64,000 nucleotides of DNA, taken from positions 1-64,000 of the forward strand of contig MRSU01011195.1 in NCBI GenBank assembly GCA_008369845.1. Direction: 5' to 3'. Below, piece by piece: positions 32,687-44,159 of this stretch. A program made the position numbers and the translations under genes. The first letter of the stretch is position 1. Each line of letters opens with the position of its first letter. The notes under the pieces are model-generated. The model had not been told where the DNA came from. It saw only the letters and a program-made list of their open reading frames with translations, and did no database searches. The stretch comes from Trichomonas gallinae. Lineage: Eukaryota.

Positions 32687-34672
32687 ATGAAATATTATTT
32701 GATCACTGAACTTGATGCGATTCAGCAAAGGGCCAGCAAGTTCAAATTCACTTGTTGTTCAATACATGATGAATGGATTGCTTTTGGAACGTCGACAGGC
32801 AGTATTCATATGTACAATTTAAAAACAAAGAAGTTTCCGAATATTATTTCAGAATCACAGATATCAACATCGATAAAAGCATTAAAATTTTCGCCCAGTG
32901 GCAATTTTCTTCTCGTCTGTGAAGAAAATCGAATTTCAATTGTAGAAAATCCTAAAGAAAAACCAAATTTCACGACAAAATTTGAATTCGGAGCAAATGC
33001 ATACGAAGATTCGTGTTGGATATCAGATCCACCAATACTTTTTGATAGAAATACAATTTTTATTTACGTAGGTGACAGAAATGGAAATATTCATGCATTA
33101 AGCAGAGCATCTGATACTATTGTTGCATCTGTTAATTCACCAATATTCCAAATATCTCTGGTAGATAAAAATTTATTAATCAATTCGATTTCAGGTGTTT
33201 ATTTAATGATGCCAAACTTCCAAATTTCTCCAATACGATCCAAGAGACCCAATGGAAAGTTCGGAGGAATTTATGTTCAACAATTTGATGCAATTTGTTT
33301 TGCTAGACCAGAAGCGAAGTTGTTATTGGCAACATCTCAAGGCAAAGTTCGAGTTTCTCTATCGTTATTTGAAAAAGACGAAATTCCAAAAATTCCTGAT
33401 GGATATGATTTGAATTTATCATATTTAATGGTCGCAGACACATTTCTTGTCTCTTATGAATTGAATTCAACAGTGATAATTGTTGATTTATCAGAAGGAA
33501 AGCTTTGTCAATGTTTGCCAATGAATTCGAACTGTATAAACGTTGGAGCTCAAGGAAACCACATCTTAATCATGTGGCAGGACAAAACATCTCTATTCAA
33601 GACATATGATACAGCAGATGACTACATTGTTGATCTTTTAGAATTAAATAATTACAAAGAAATACAAAGAGTTGCAATTGAATCTAAAATCGAAGATATT
33701 GAAAGATTAGAGAGCTTCATTGACAAAAATATATCATTAGATGAACAGAAAGAATTTACGAATTATATTGCAAGAGTCAAATTGCTCAGCGAACCACGTT
33801 TACTCAAAGATTGTCATCCGGACATCTACGAGGAAATCATGAAAGACGAAACAGCTTCACAAGAATCAGTTAAAAAATTATTTGATGTGATTAAATCAGT
33901 GAAATTCGATGATGAACTCAAGAGTAGAATAGAAGGATATGTGTTAAAGCATCCTGAGCAGTGGAATGATTGGAAAGGAGTAATAAATGTTGATAAACTT
34001 ATTCCAATATTAAATGAAAATGAAGAATATTATAAATACGCAATGGAAATGGCACCTCTTGGAATTTCTCAGCTTGCCAAGCTCCTTGCTACTGCTGAAG
34101 GACTCCCAATTGCAATGCTGGTAGCAAACTCTCCGCCAATTCATCCTTATAACGTTGATTTTGTAAGAAGGGCGGAATATCTAAGAGTACTAGGCTTAAA
34201 TGATCAGTTCACAGACGAAGTCAACCCAGAATCCATTGTTAAGTCATCATCAATCGAACGACTCATCAACGAAGTTAGGTTCATTGAGTCTCCAACGAAT
34301 GATTTGATCGATTCAATAGGTGAGTCAACGGATCCAAATGATATTAAAAAGATAATGATGATGAGCGAGTGGGAAGAAAGTCTCGAAAATTCTGTTGATG
34401 AGCTTCACAACTTAGCTGAAAGATATATGCTGACTAAAGTTGTCAAAGATGTCCCAGCGTGGGTAAACGATCCAACAATCCACCACATTGCTGAAGGATC
34501 AGGAAACTGGGGAGTAACATCAGAATTACACGAATGTATCAACTGCGGACTTCCTTTAATTCTTGAGCAGGATGCGAGCAGTGTTACAGCTTTTCCATGC
34601 GGGCATGTTTATCACGCTAAGTGTTTGCATACAAGATACTGTCCATTATGTTATTCTATGGTCTTGAAATAG
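32687..34672 (+). CDS. Beta-propeller + alpha-solenoid + C-terminal RING protein (HPS5/Vps41/Vps8-like)
   Basis: WD-like N-terminus (IAFGTSTGSIHMYN, LKFSPSG, YVGDRNG, CFARP) and C-terminal WG....CINC...FPCGHVYHAKC....CPLC. The likely start is MKYY at 32687. Confidence 0.75.
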   Translation: MKYYLITELDAIQQRASKFKFTCCSIHDEWIAFGTSTGSIHMYNLKTKKFPNIISESQISTSIKALKFSPSGNFLLVCEENRISIVENPKEKPNFTTKFEFGANAYEDSCWISDPPILFDRNTIFIYVGDRNGNIHALSRASDTIVASVNSPIFQISLVDKNLLINSISGVYLMMPNFQISPIRSKRPNGKFGGIYVQQFDAICFARPEAKLLLATSQGKVRVSLSLFEKDEIPKIPDGYDLNLSYLMVADTFLVSYELNSTVIIVDLSEGKLCQCLPMNSNCINVGAQGNHILIMWQDKTSLFKTYDTADDYIVDLLELNNYKEIQRVAIESKIEDIERLESFIDKNISLDEQKEFTNYIARVKLLSEPRLLKDCHPDIYEEIMKDETASQESVKKLFDVIKSVKFDDELKSRIEGYVLKHPEQWNDWKGVINVDKLIPILNENEEYYKYAMEMAPLGISQLAKLLATAEGLPIAMLVANSPPIHPYNVDFVRRAEYLRVLGLNDQFTDEVNPESIVKSSSIERLINEVRFIESPTNDLIDSIGESTDPNDIKKIMMMSEWEESLENSVDELHNLAERYMLTKVVKDVPAWVNDPTIHHIAEGSGNWGVTSELHECINCGLPLILEQDASSVTAFPCGHVYHAKCLHTRYCPLCYSMVLK

Positions 34673-35290
34673 ATTTTATATGTTGTTTTATTCATAAATT
34701 GTTTTGTTTATATACACTATAATTTTTTTTTAATTTTATCACATCTCCATTAAATAACGTTAATTTTGAGATATCATTTATGTAGATTCTCTAAAATGTA
34801 TATATTTTATCAATAGCATTGAAGTTGAAATCCATTCGAATTAATTTCTAATTATATAACAATGTACATTTAATATTGACTACATCTATATTATATGCAG
34901 CATATCAATAATGCTTTCACTAAATCTATTGGCAACTCTTGGATTTCAAAAAAATAGTCTTAGTTAAAAGTGTTTTTCGAGTGCCATGGTTGAAAAATAT
35001 ATTATATACATTTCAGAAAAATGATATTTGTTGTGTTCATTGCTTTAATATAAAGAAATTCAATTGATATAAAAATATTTTTTTAATGAATAAGTTTTCA
35101 TTTATCTGTTATATTTAATAAATGAAGTATAAGTATTGGCAAATGAGCAATGAGTAAAGAAACAAACAAGATTTTTATTGTAATTATTTTCTTGAGTCTG
35201 GATGATTCTATTCCGAATTAATCGTCATATATTTGTAAGTATTGATAAATTGTCTCTGTTTTGATCGATATTTTGAAAGTAAATATTTTC

Positions 35291-35647
35291 TTATAAGAAA
35301 AGCATTGGCCATCTGTAATCTCCTATCATGTAATAGCATTTATATGCAACGGACAGTGCCCACCCGCCAGCATTAATCGTGAAAAATCCAATAATAAATA
35401 ACGCGATTCTATTTTCATGAAATGCAATATAAAGTGGTCCATATGATAGCCCGAAGAGCGTAAAGCAAGTAATTCCTAGTAATATTAAAATACAAGCAAC
35501 GACAATTGATTTTATTGCTCGGCCAGGGATTTTAGGCTTCTGTATATCAGATTTCGCAATGTCGCCAGTAACCAGGTCCCTTCTAATATGTTTATCGCCT
35601 AAAAGAGCCTCTTCATCTTCATTCTTTCTCCGTCGAATGTAATCCAT
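35291..35647 (-). CDS. TMEM230/TMEM134 (DUF872)-like small membrane protein
   Basis: KSIVVACILILLG...ALFIIGFF...GGW...AYKCY, two TMs; fits the DUF872 pattern. Confidence 0.7.
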   Translation of the reverse strand: MDYIRRRKNEDEEALLGDKHIRRDLVTGDIAKSDIQKPKIPGRAIKSIVVACILILLGITCFTLFGLSYGPLYIAFHENRIALFIIGFFTINAGGWALSVAYKCYYMIGDYRWPMLFL

Positions 35648-35771
35648 AAACCAAAAAATAAATGAAATCGCATAATTTATATTGCAAAAAGTGCTTTTTG
35701 GACTATAACCAAACTAAATCTGCAATAAAAAAATTTTCATGCAGCCAAAGTTTACAAAAAAAAGTGTTTTC

Positions 35772-36011
35772 ATGGTGCACTTAACAGATATAAGCCAATT
35801 CGAACAGAAGGCCAAGGAAATGATACAAGCCGACCCAAAGAAGACTAGACTTACGACTAAATACAAAAAGGACACTCATATCTTCGTCATGAAAATATTC
35901 AATGGAAAAGATGCGTATAAGATTCACATTGTTAAGGAAAATGATTTCAGGGCGTCACAGAAATTGATTTCATCACTACTCCTTTTAATGACAAGCGAAT
36001 CTTTACTCTAA
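35772..36011 (+). CDS. SRP9: Signal recognition particle 9 kDa subunit
   Basis: MVHL....QF...A..M..ADP.KTRLTTKY.......MK...aligns by eye to SRP9 and ends in LLLLM. Start is at 35772. Confidence 0.8.
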   Translation: MVHLTDISQFEQKAKEMIQADPKKTRLTTKYKKDTHIFVMKIFNGKDAYKIHIVKENDFRASQKLISSLLLLMTSESLL

Positions 36012-36443
36012 AAATAATATTAATATTAGATTATAGGTATTAGAATAAAATCTACTTGGTAATCTCGCTTATTTATACAACCAGAAATTATGCGACTACA
36101 GCATAGATTCTTTTGTCAAAATAGTTTCATTTCTCTATTTTATTCGATTTTGAATAAGTTTTGATCATACAAATTCACATACAAATCATAAAAATTATAA
36201 AATAACACACAAAATCGAATATTTTGTGAATATTAATTTATCTCATAGATTTTTTAATAAACTCATCCATAAACATAATTAATCGTTAAAGATTTGATTA
36301 TATAATATATTGTTGCATTATTATATGGATTTTCTCAATTATGAAATTTTGAAGATAAAATATTATGTGTGAGAGCAGTTTTAAAACAGTAAAATTTATT
36401 AAAAACAAGTAAATATCTAAAATATAACTACAAAACAAACTAA

Positions 36444-37643
36444 TTAAACATATTCATATGAAATTTCGTATTTTCCGCGAGTAACTTTCTCGCATTTGCC
36501 ATCTGGATAGTGTGTCTCCATATCACCATTGCCTCTTAAGATTTTATAGATTCCATTTGGAAATTGGACTTCTTTGTCGCCATTCGGATGATGTCTTTCT
36601 TTCTGGCCATTCTTGAAAAGATAAACGACTTGTCCATTTGGCAGTGTTATTTCTATCGCTCCTGTTTCTTTGTATTTGTATGCGATCGCTTTATCTGGAA
36701 ATTCGATGGAAATATCCTGATTCGCGTAGAAAATGTAGGTCTTCTTGACTCTGTTGACCTCCTTGATTGCCTTTCTTGTTCCATCTTTGAAAACCGTTCC
36801 AGTTGATCCATCTTTGTATTTAACATCTCTTCTTCCTCCTTTTTTACTCTCCTCTTTGAATATGGAGCCTGGATTGTAATCGAAGTCGAGGACGTAATTT
36901 TCGCTGAGTAAAATCTTGTAAATTTTAGGTTTCTTCGGCTGAATTGTTGTTTGTTGTGGCTTTGTTTCTACAACAACTGGCTTAAGTGGCTCAATGATTT
37001 CTTCCTTCTTTTCTTCTTCTTCGTGATGAATTTCAATTGGAAATTCGTGATTCTCTTCTTCTTCCTCATGAACTTGTTTAATGTCTTCTTCTTCGTGATG
37101 TTTATCTTCTTCCTCGTGATTCGGTTCTTCAGCATCAGGAGTAACAAATGTAACTTTTAATTTTTCTTTTTTATCGTGATTTTCGTTAACAGCGTGTTCC
37201 ATTTGATATTTTATACGCTCTTCTTCGAGTTGTTTCTTTGTAAATTCGAGTTCAGATTTTAATTGTTCAATAGTCTGTAAATATCCTTTCTTTTCTTCTT
37301 CAAACTTTTGCTTTTCTTTTGCAAGCTGTGCTTTTTCTGTTTCCACCCAGTTTTCAGATCGTAACAAGCTTGCTTCTCGTTTTCTAACTAATGTTAATTT
37401 TTGCTGAAGTTCTGCGAGCATTTCGTGGAACTCAGACTTATCTATACTGCTTATAGATCCCTTATTTTCCGGTAGAGTTCCATCAGGATGAATAAATGTG
37501 TCTGGAAATTCTAAAGCAAGTTTTGAGTCTTTAAAACCTCCTCCAGATTCTTTTTCCTCCTCCATGAGAGCTTCCTCCAACTGGCAGAAAGTGTCTAGTT
37601 CGCGCTCTTCATCACTTTTATATGTATACTGATCTTGATCCAT
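36444..37643 (-). CDS. TCP10/G-box domain protein (SAS-4/CPAP-like)
   Basis: Coiled coil followed by repeated (F/Y)xxG beta-meander units: YANQDISIEFPD, LPNGQ, FKNGQKERHHPNGDKEVQFPNG, HYPDG. Confidence 0.8.
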   Translation of the reverse strand: MDQDQYTYKSDEERELDTFCQLEEALMEEEKESGGGFKDSKLALEFPDTFIHPDGTLPENKGSISSIDKSEFHEMLAELQQKLTLVRKREASLLRSENWVETEKAQLAKEKQKFEEEKKGYLQTIEQLKSELEFTKKQLEEERIKYQMEHAVNENHDKKEKLKVTFVTPDAEEPNHEEEDKHHEEEDIKQVHEEEEENHEFPIEIHHEEEEKKEEIIEPLKPVVVETKPQQTTIQPKKPKIYKILLSENYVLDFDYNPGSIFKEESKKGGRRDVKYKDGSTGTVFKDGTRKAIKEVNRVKKTYIFYANQDISIEFPDKAIAYKYKETGAIEITLPNGQVVYLFKNGQKERHHPNGDKEVQFPNGIYKILRGNGDMETHYPDGKCEKVTRGKYEISYEYV

Positions 37644-38457
37644 TTTTGATGTACGTTTATTTTTGGAAAACTTTATAGATCAAGAATTGACAGAAAATTC
37701 CATCAGCATTGCATCCTATATCAGCTAGTTACCACATATTTAGCGTTTTTATGAAGAAATTTCAATAATGTTAACATTTGTTCATCAAATCTTGAAACTT
37801 TTACATTTCCGACTATGACCATAAAATCCACATACTCTATATGCAGCTTATCCAATAGAATATAGCAGTACAATTTATGTATTTTGTCTTATTTCATTCA
37901 ATAAATATGAAACATGCATAGCATCAGCATAATGGAAAGGATAATGTAATATTTCAATGAAAGTTAAATATTGCATGAAGTACTTTTGTAAATTTTTACA
38001 TGACGGATTGTTATATTTAGGAGATATTTGTATGGTTTACATGTCAAATATTATTTTTTGTCAAATTTTTACGAAATTCGATTTTTTTTATTAAATTGTC
38101 ACTAACAATGTTAGCAAAAAGTGGAACTATTATAGTGTTCATTAATCTTATGCAAAGTGCATAGAGCAATCTTTATATTGAATTTTTTGATAAGGTATAT
38201 TTCGTCCAAAACATTATAGATAAGGTGATTGGACACTTCACCGGAATAAAGAACTATGTATAAATATGTGTACATAAGAAATGATATGATTTCGTCAAAA
38301 TTATGATGATTTACATGTCAAAAACGACAAATAATTTTGCCATTTTCGCAAATTTTGGAATAAAAAAAAAGGAAATCAGCAAAATTTGTATGCAAAAAGT
38401 GAATCCATTATGATGCTGTCCATGAATATCAAATAAAAATCGGGTTTAAGAATTATA

Positions 38458-39657
38458 ATGTTTAACTGTATTGTTGGTTTTGAGCTTGATCCTGAGATTA
38501 AAGAGCCTTCAATTATGCAGCAATATCCATCTGAGTATGATTTATCACTTGATATAAATCAAATCAAAAGCTGCTGCTTCCCTTATAATCTTCCGAATGA
38601 TAATAACGGAGTTCACGTATTTAACACTGATAACTACACGGGACATGCATACGTATATCCATACAAGGGCAAATACTACTCGATTGTGATCTTATCGGTC
38701 TCATTTAAACCATGCCTATATACAGATTTCCTTCAAGCTGTAAAGAAATGTTTTGTTGAAGACGAAAACGCCGACCCAGAAGTGAGGTTCGGTTTGGTGA
38801 TGTCTTTACTGACTTCATGGGTCATTGAAGGCACAAGAACATTAATTGCAAACTATCCTTTAACGCAGTTCATGATTGATCTGGCAGAAACAACGAACTG
38901 GACACAGTCCTACGATATATCACCGTTAAGCTCGGCTATCGAGCCTATTTGGAAAGCTTTACTATCAAATCAAGGAATTTTGATCGTTGGCGCTACAGCT
39001 GAAATCGCTTCGAATGCAGTTCTCGCCATTTTATCAATCATCGAGCCATTGAAATACTACGATCCATATTTAATTTACACAAGGCCAGGAGATGCCAGAT
39101 TCCAAGAAATTCTCGAAGGTTCAACAAAGTACAAACTTGTAGGTACAACAGATGGCTTTGGACCTAAAAAGAATCAGTTCGGTGTTGTCATTAATATTCC
39201 TGGCGGTCACTTCACGCCATGCCCAGAATTGCAGGATCAATATCAACAGAAGACAGGAAGATTCTTCCAAGTCATCGTTGGCGCAATGAATCAGGCACTT
39301 CTCGTTGATCCATATTTCGATATTCTCGAAAAACCAGTAGATAACATTCAGGCATACACACAAAATGCTCCAATGTTCCAGCCACAGTTCTTCGAGAAGA
39401 TCGAACAAACAGAAACATTCAAGCATTGGAGAAATCGTAGGAAGATTAGAGATTCAACACGTGCTGCTTTCCTTTCTGTTCCTCCATCAGAAGCACTCAA
39501 GAAAGTTCCAGATGACAAGTTGCTTGTCGCTCAAGAAGAGCTCCAAAGATTATATAATACTTGCAGTGGAGATCAGCATCTGCAGACTGTCATCAAAATC
39601 CATCAGAAGGCAATCGCAAAGAGGATAAAGAAACTCCCTGTTGTTATGAATGAGTGA
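38458..39657 (+). CDS. DENN-like domain protein
   Basis: uDENN-like N-terminus (CIVGFELD...QQYP...CCFP) and cDENN-like IWKALLSNQGILIVG.T...SNAV. Confidence 0.7.
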   Translation: MFNCIVGFELDPEIKEPSIMQQYPSEYDLSLDINQIKSCCFPYNLPNDNNGVHVFNTDNYTGHAYVYPYKGKYYSIVILSVSFKPCLYTDFLQAVKKCFVEDENADPEVRFGLVMSLLTSWVIEGTRTLIANYPLTQFMIDLAETTNWTQSYDISPLSSAIEPIWKALLSNQGILIVGATAEIASNAVLAILSIIEPLKYYDPYLIYTRPGDARFQEILEGSTKYKLVGTTDGFGPKKNQFGVVINIPGGHFTPCPELQDQYQQKTGRFFQVIVGAMNQALLVDPYFDILEKPVDNIQAYTQNAPMFQPQFFEKIEQTETFKHWRNRRKIRDSTRAAFLSVPPSEALKKVPDDKLLVAQEELQRLYNTCSGDQHLQTVIKIHQKAIAKRIKKLPVVMNE

Positions 39658-40193
39658 AATATGCACAGATTGCTTGTTTTACAATGCATCTGTTATCATT
39701 CTCAATAAAGCGTATTTATAAATCTTAACACTAGTTTGATTTTCAACCTTAATGAGGACAATTTCAATAAATCTTTTATAAAAAAGGAAAATTTTACATC
39801 ATCGAGAATAAACTATCATTATCGTCTTTCTATTAGATAGTTTTTAAGACTCTCATTTATTCGATAAGATTTGTAACTTATAATGATGAACTGTGTCTAT
39901 AACAATGCTACTAGACATGTTTTATGACCATTCTTAATTTTTTTTATATTTTCGAAGCACTCCAGTGTTGGGACACCAATTTCTAGTTAAATTATATTAT
40001 GTAAATTTGTTTAATCAAGTAATACTAATTTTTATCAAACAATATAAAAGAAAATAACAAAAAAATCATGTTGTATATATCTAATGCAAATTTCGATAAT
40101 GTATATATGAGTCTATTAGTAATAAATAGATTAATTTCCTCAGATTATTTTCAGATAATCTGAAAGATATGTAAATATCGATGCAAAAAATTA

Positions 40194-40838
40194 TTAATTT
40201 GCAAATGTTTCGAGTGTTGATGTTAGTTGTGCATCTAATGAATGAGAAACAACTGATTTGAGACAAGCCTCATTTCTCTGCTTGATGAGCGCGAGTTTTT
40301 GCATGTAAAGATCTATCAAATCAATGAACTTATTCTTTTCGTCATTTGTAACTTTAATTTCATAATTTATGGCATCAAGTTCGTTTGCATATTGTGCATC
40401 AATTGCAGCTAATTCATTTCGCCTTTTCTCGATAAGTGCTTGGTATTTCAACACGTTTCCAGCTTCTTTTTCGACTTGTTGTGTTAATCTTTCTATTTCT
40501 GATGATTTAATTGTATTTTCGTCATTGCTTCCTTTGAAATGTTTGATTTTTACTTCTTGTTCTGCAATTTTATTCCTTAAATCGACTAATTGTTTATTTA
40601 ATGTTTGTTTATTCTTTTCTTTCATTTGAAGTTTTCGTTTTTCATCATTTAAGATTGCTTCCAACTCCTTATGCTTGTATTCAAGCTCAGTTACTGACAA
40701 TTTTTCTTCTTCCAAATTTGAATAAAGAGATGAGAGCTCACTTCGTGCACCTTCAATCTGTGCATTAAGAATCTTAACAAGTTTATCCTGTGGAATCGCG
40801 ATAATATCATCATCTGTGAGCTCCGTCGCATGAAGCAT
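40194..40838 (-). CDS. Coiled-coil hypothetical protein
   Basis: 214-aa heptad-rich ORF. Confidence 0.75.
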   Translation of the reverse strand: MLHATELTDDDIIAIPQDKLVKILNAQIEGARSELSSLYSNLEEEKLSVTELEYKHKELEAILNDEKRKLQMKEKNKQTLNKQLVDLRNKIAEQEVKIKHFKGSNDENTIKSSEIERLTQQVEKEAGNVLKYQALIEKRRNELAAIDAQYANELDAINYEIKVTNDEKNKFIDLIDLYMQKLALIKQRNEACLKSVVSHSLDAQLTSTLETFAN

Positions 40839-40976
40839 TTTTATTAAACGTTCACAGCCCCAATAATATAATTTTTGCCCCTATATTTTATTTATTTGGC
40901 AAAAAATAAATTTACGTGACATATATATTTAAAAAAAGTGAGAAATTTTAGAGGTCACTTTTGTGAAAAGTGACAA

Positions 40977-41342
40977 ATGGGCAAAGAAAAGACTGAAATT
41001 GTCTTCGATGCTGAATCGAGACGCAACTTTTTGCTTGCAAACAGACACGCAAAGGAAATTCGAAAGAGCAAAGCTATTAGACGCAATCAAGAACGATTGA
41101 AAGAGGAGAGAAAAGAAAGACATCGCCAACGTAAAGAAAAAGATGAAGAATTCGCTAGAGAATTATCTGAAAAGCAAAGGAAATTAGGAATCAAGCCTAT
41201 GGCTATAATTACACAAAGATATTCAACTTTCATTCCAACCGTTGAAGTTGAAGCTACAAAAGTCGAGGAAACGCATGAAGAGGATGTTCATGAGGAGGAA
41301 GTAGCTGAAAAACCTGCCGCAGAAGAAAAGGCACAAGAATAG
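40977..41342 (+). CDS. Nop25/Rrp17/NOL12-like nucleolar protein
   Basis: EIVFDAESRRNFL...KE.RK.KA...ERLKEERKE resembles the Nop25 domain (FDEE.RREYL..F.KRK). Confidence 0.65.
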   Translation: MGKEKTEIVFDAESRRNFLLANRHAKEIRKSKAIRRNQERLKEERKERHRQRKEKDEEFARELSEKQRKLGIKPMAIITQRYSTFIPTVEVEATKVEETHEEDVHEEEVAEKPAAEEKAQE

Positions 41343-41891
41343 AGATATATAAAATTAGATGTTTTTATAGATGAGAACTCCATCAATTTTTCACATATAA
41401 TAGCTTAATATGCATGAATTTCTTTTCCAAATAATTTGAATATACTAATCAAATTTTGTTTAATCGAAAATGAGTATTTGATACATAATATTATATTATA
41501 ACGACACCTTCTCATATCAAATTCTACAAAATCATCTCAAATTAAACTTAAGTTATTGCTTTATCTTTTATTACTTATAACAATAAGTATCCTTGACAAA
41601 ACAATAATATAGATATATGCAATCTTAATATAGCTACAATTCTTTTATGATATGATATAACATAGATAAAAGAAACAAGCGTAAAACAAATGATCTATAG
41701 TTATATAGGAAAAAATGAAACTATATATGTCTATATTACGACATTTTAATAACTAATAAAAACGAGAATTTCGTGATTTAGTTATAGAGAAAGTATGATA
41801 TCTGACATATAAATTTACATGACATATTTCCGTTTTTATAAAACGTGACATTGACACGTTTATAACCTTATTATTACTATCGTTTAAAAAT

Positions 41892-42740
41892 ATGAGTGAA
41901 GCAGAAAAAAAGCCAGAACTCGAGAAAGATCCAACAAACACATTCTTAACAGGAGTCAATATCGATGTAGACGCGTGGAGGGAGCAGACAGTTGAAGAAT
42001 TAACGGCCTGGCTCAATGATATCAAAAACAAGAAAACAGAATTTGGAGATCCACTGGTAGATTTCCCGGAAGGATGGGATCAGGGACAAAATCTTACCAC
42101 AAATCAGCAAATAGAAGTCATAGCAAAAGGACTTGCATCGAAGCTACAAGGTGCAGAAGCAAAAGAGGCCCAACAAGAACTACAGAACATCAGGGCTCAA
42201 GCTGATAAACTTAAACAGCTCGAAAAACAGCTTGCAGCACTCGATGCCGATGATGATGAAATCGAACCTACTTTGTCTAAGGAAGATGAAGATTTCCTCG
42301 ATGAGGAAATTGTTATTCCAAACATAGACGTTTCAGGACCAAATCCATTTGAAATCGATGCTGATTCAATGAAAAGATTAAAAGAAATCGATGAAAAACT
42401 CGGAATTAAAGAGGAAGAAATGCAGGCACCAACGAGAACAATGGAGGAAATTAACAATGACATCATGAAGCTCTACCAAAACAACGAAGACAAGCCAGAT
42501 GATGTTCATTTAATAGAAGGAGAAGAAAAAGAATTCCACGTCGACTCAAAAGAGCAGCCAGAGCCGAAATCTCCAGTTGAGACGACTTCAGCACCAAAAT
42601 CTCCGCCTCACAAAGTTCCTCTCAAGTCTCCTTTGCCTTCAGCATTGAATCAGAAGCCAATTCCGCCTTTACAGCAGATTACTGGAGATATTGGCATTAA
42701 ACCGGCAAGATCAAAGAAGTCTGTACCTAAGAAACAGTAA
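41892..42740 (+). CDS. Hypothetical acidic protein with Pro-rich tail
   Basis: 282-aa ORF with coding-like composition. Confidence 0.75.
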   Translation: MSEAEKKPELEKDPTNTFLTGVNIDVDAWREQTVEELTAWLNDIKNKKTEFGDPLVDFPEGWDQGQNLTTNQQIEVIAKGLASKLQGAEAKEAQQELQNIRAQADKLKQLEKQLAALDADDDEIEPTLSKEDEDFLDEEIVIPNIDVSGPNPFEIDADSMKRLKEIDEKLGIKEEEMQAPTRTMEEINNDIMKLYQNNEDKPDDVHLIEGEEKEFHVDSKEQPEPKSPVETTSAPKSPPHKVPLKSPLPSALNQKPIPPLQQITGDIGIKPARSKKSVPKKQ

Positions 42741-43153
42741 TTTACTGGCTTTTTATTCATGAATTAATTTTAATTCTTTTGTAATTTATTCCATTTGTAT
42801 AAAATCAAAATTATTGAGATATAGATAATATATTAATTCATTTATCCATGTCAATCTAAATTAAAAAATAAAAATTTATTTTTTAATAATATTGACATTT
42901 TGAATTTAAAAATAACTTTGTATTGAGCTATATAACATGTTTTTAAATATTATATATGCTCAAACAAAATAATATATTTTGAAATTAATATTAATAAGAG
43001 ATTGTATTGTTTGCAAACATAATAAAATCGCTTAGATGTTGAGTAATATTATGAGAGCATTTATATAGGTTTTAAAAAACATAACATTATGGAAAAAAAG
43101 TAATAATAGAAATAATTCGTAAATTATGAATACACACATAACAATTTATTGAC

Positions 43154-43450
43154 TTACTCAGATTTCTTCTTCCGTTTTGGTGTTGTCAGCTTTGATTCAG
43201 GTTCTTGCTTTTCTTCTTCAGCATCTTCATCTTCAACGTCATCATCTTCTATTTCATCGGATTCATCATTAAGACCAGTATCAGAAATCTGAACATCATC
43301 GTCATCTGATGAAACAGGAGCAAAAAGTGGAATATCGTCGCTATCTGCCTTGATTTCGTTGACTTCAATTGGCGGTGGTTTTGGAAGGACCAATGACGCG
43401 TAAATCTCGTCTGGTCGTTGAATTTCGGAAGAAGAACAACAAATTCCCAT
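43154..43450 (-). CDS. Small acidic protein with predicted N-terminal dual acylation
   Basis: MGICCS start (G2 myristoylation plus Cys palmitoylation pattern), acidic body, basic KRKKK end, and an M2-like element just upstream. Confidence 0.7.
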   Translation of the reverse strand: MGICCSSSEIQRPDEIYASLVLPKPPPIEVNEIKADSDDIPLFAPVSSDDDDVQISDTGLNDESDEIEDDDVEDEDAEEEKQEPESKLTTPKRKKKSE

Positions 43451-44159
43451 TTTTTATTTGTCACTTTTAGACTTTTTTTTTGGACGAATCGTTACAAGTT
43501 TTGACACGAAAAATTTCTATTTTGCTGAGAAATTAGCATCTTGAGCTGCTAGTTTTATCACCTATATGATTAAAGACAGCTTAACACACCAATAATTTAA
43601 CGAAGTTTTCAAAACATGATCCTACTGCAACAGATTCAAATGAATTTGCATGTATATCCTCCACATGACACCGTGCCTATATATTGAGTTTGGGCTAAAT
43701 TACTAGTAATATAAACATATGGTATTTTGACAATACTTAATAAACTGTCTAATATTGGATGAAAAATTAATTGTATTTTCTCCATAAACATATCAATATA
43801 TAATACAATTTATATAAAATTATTACTAACAGTAAATATCATGCATCTGTTGATATTATGTGGATCAAACGCAATGATTTGAAAAATACAAATATTTTCT
43901 TAACAATCTTCAACATGAGTTCTTTTTTGATTATCAAGTCAACTATCTGATCTCTTATGATCATTTTTATCATGTTATTTTTCTTCATCAGTTATTCGAT
44001 GAGAATCTAATTAAACTCTTTGTTATTTTGTTTCTTATTTGTCAATTAATTTTTTTTTTCTCTATTTCTTCTTTTTGGATTTGATCCAGAAGGATTTTCA
44101 TATTCATCACTAATTCTATTAGGATCTGGCACATCTTATTCATAATATTGTTTCATATT

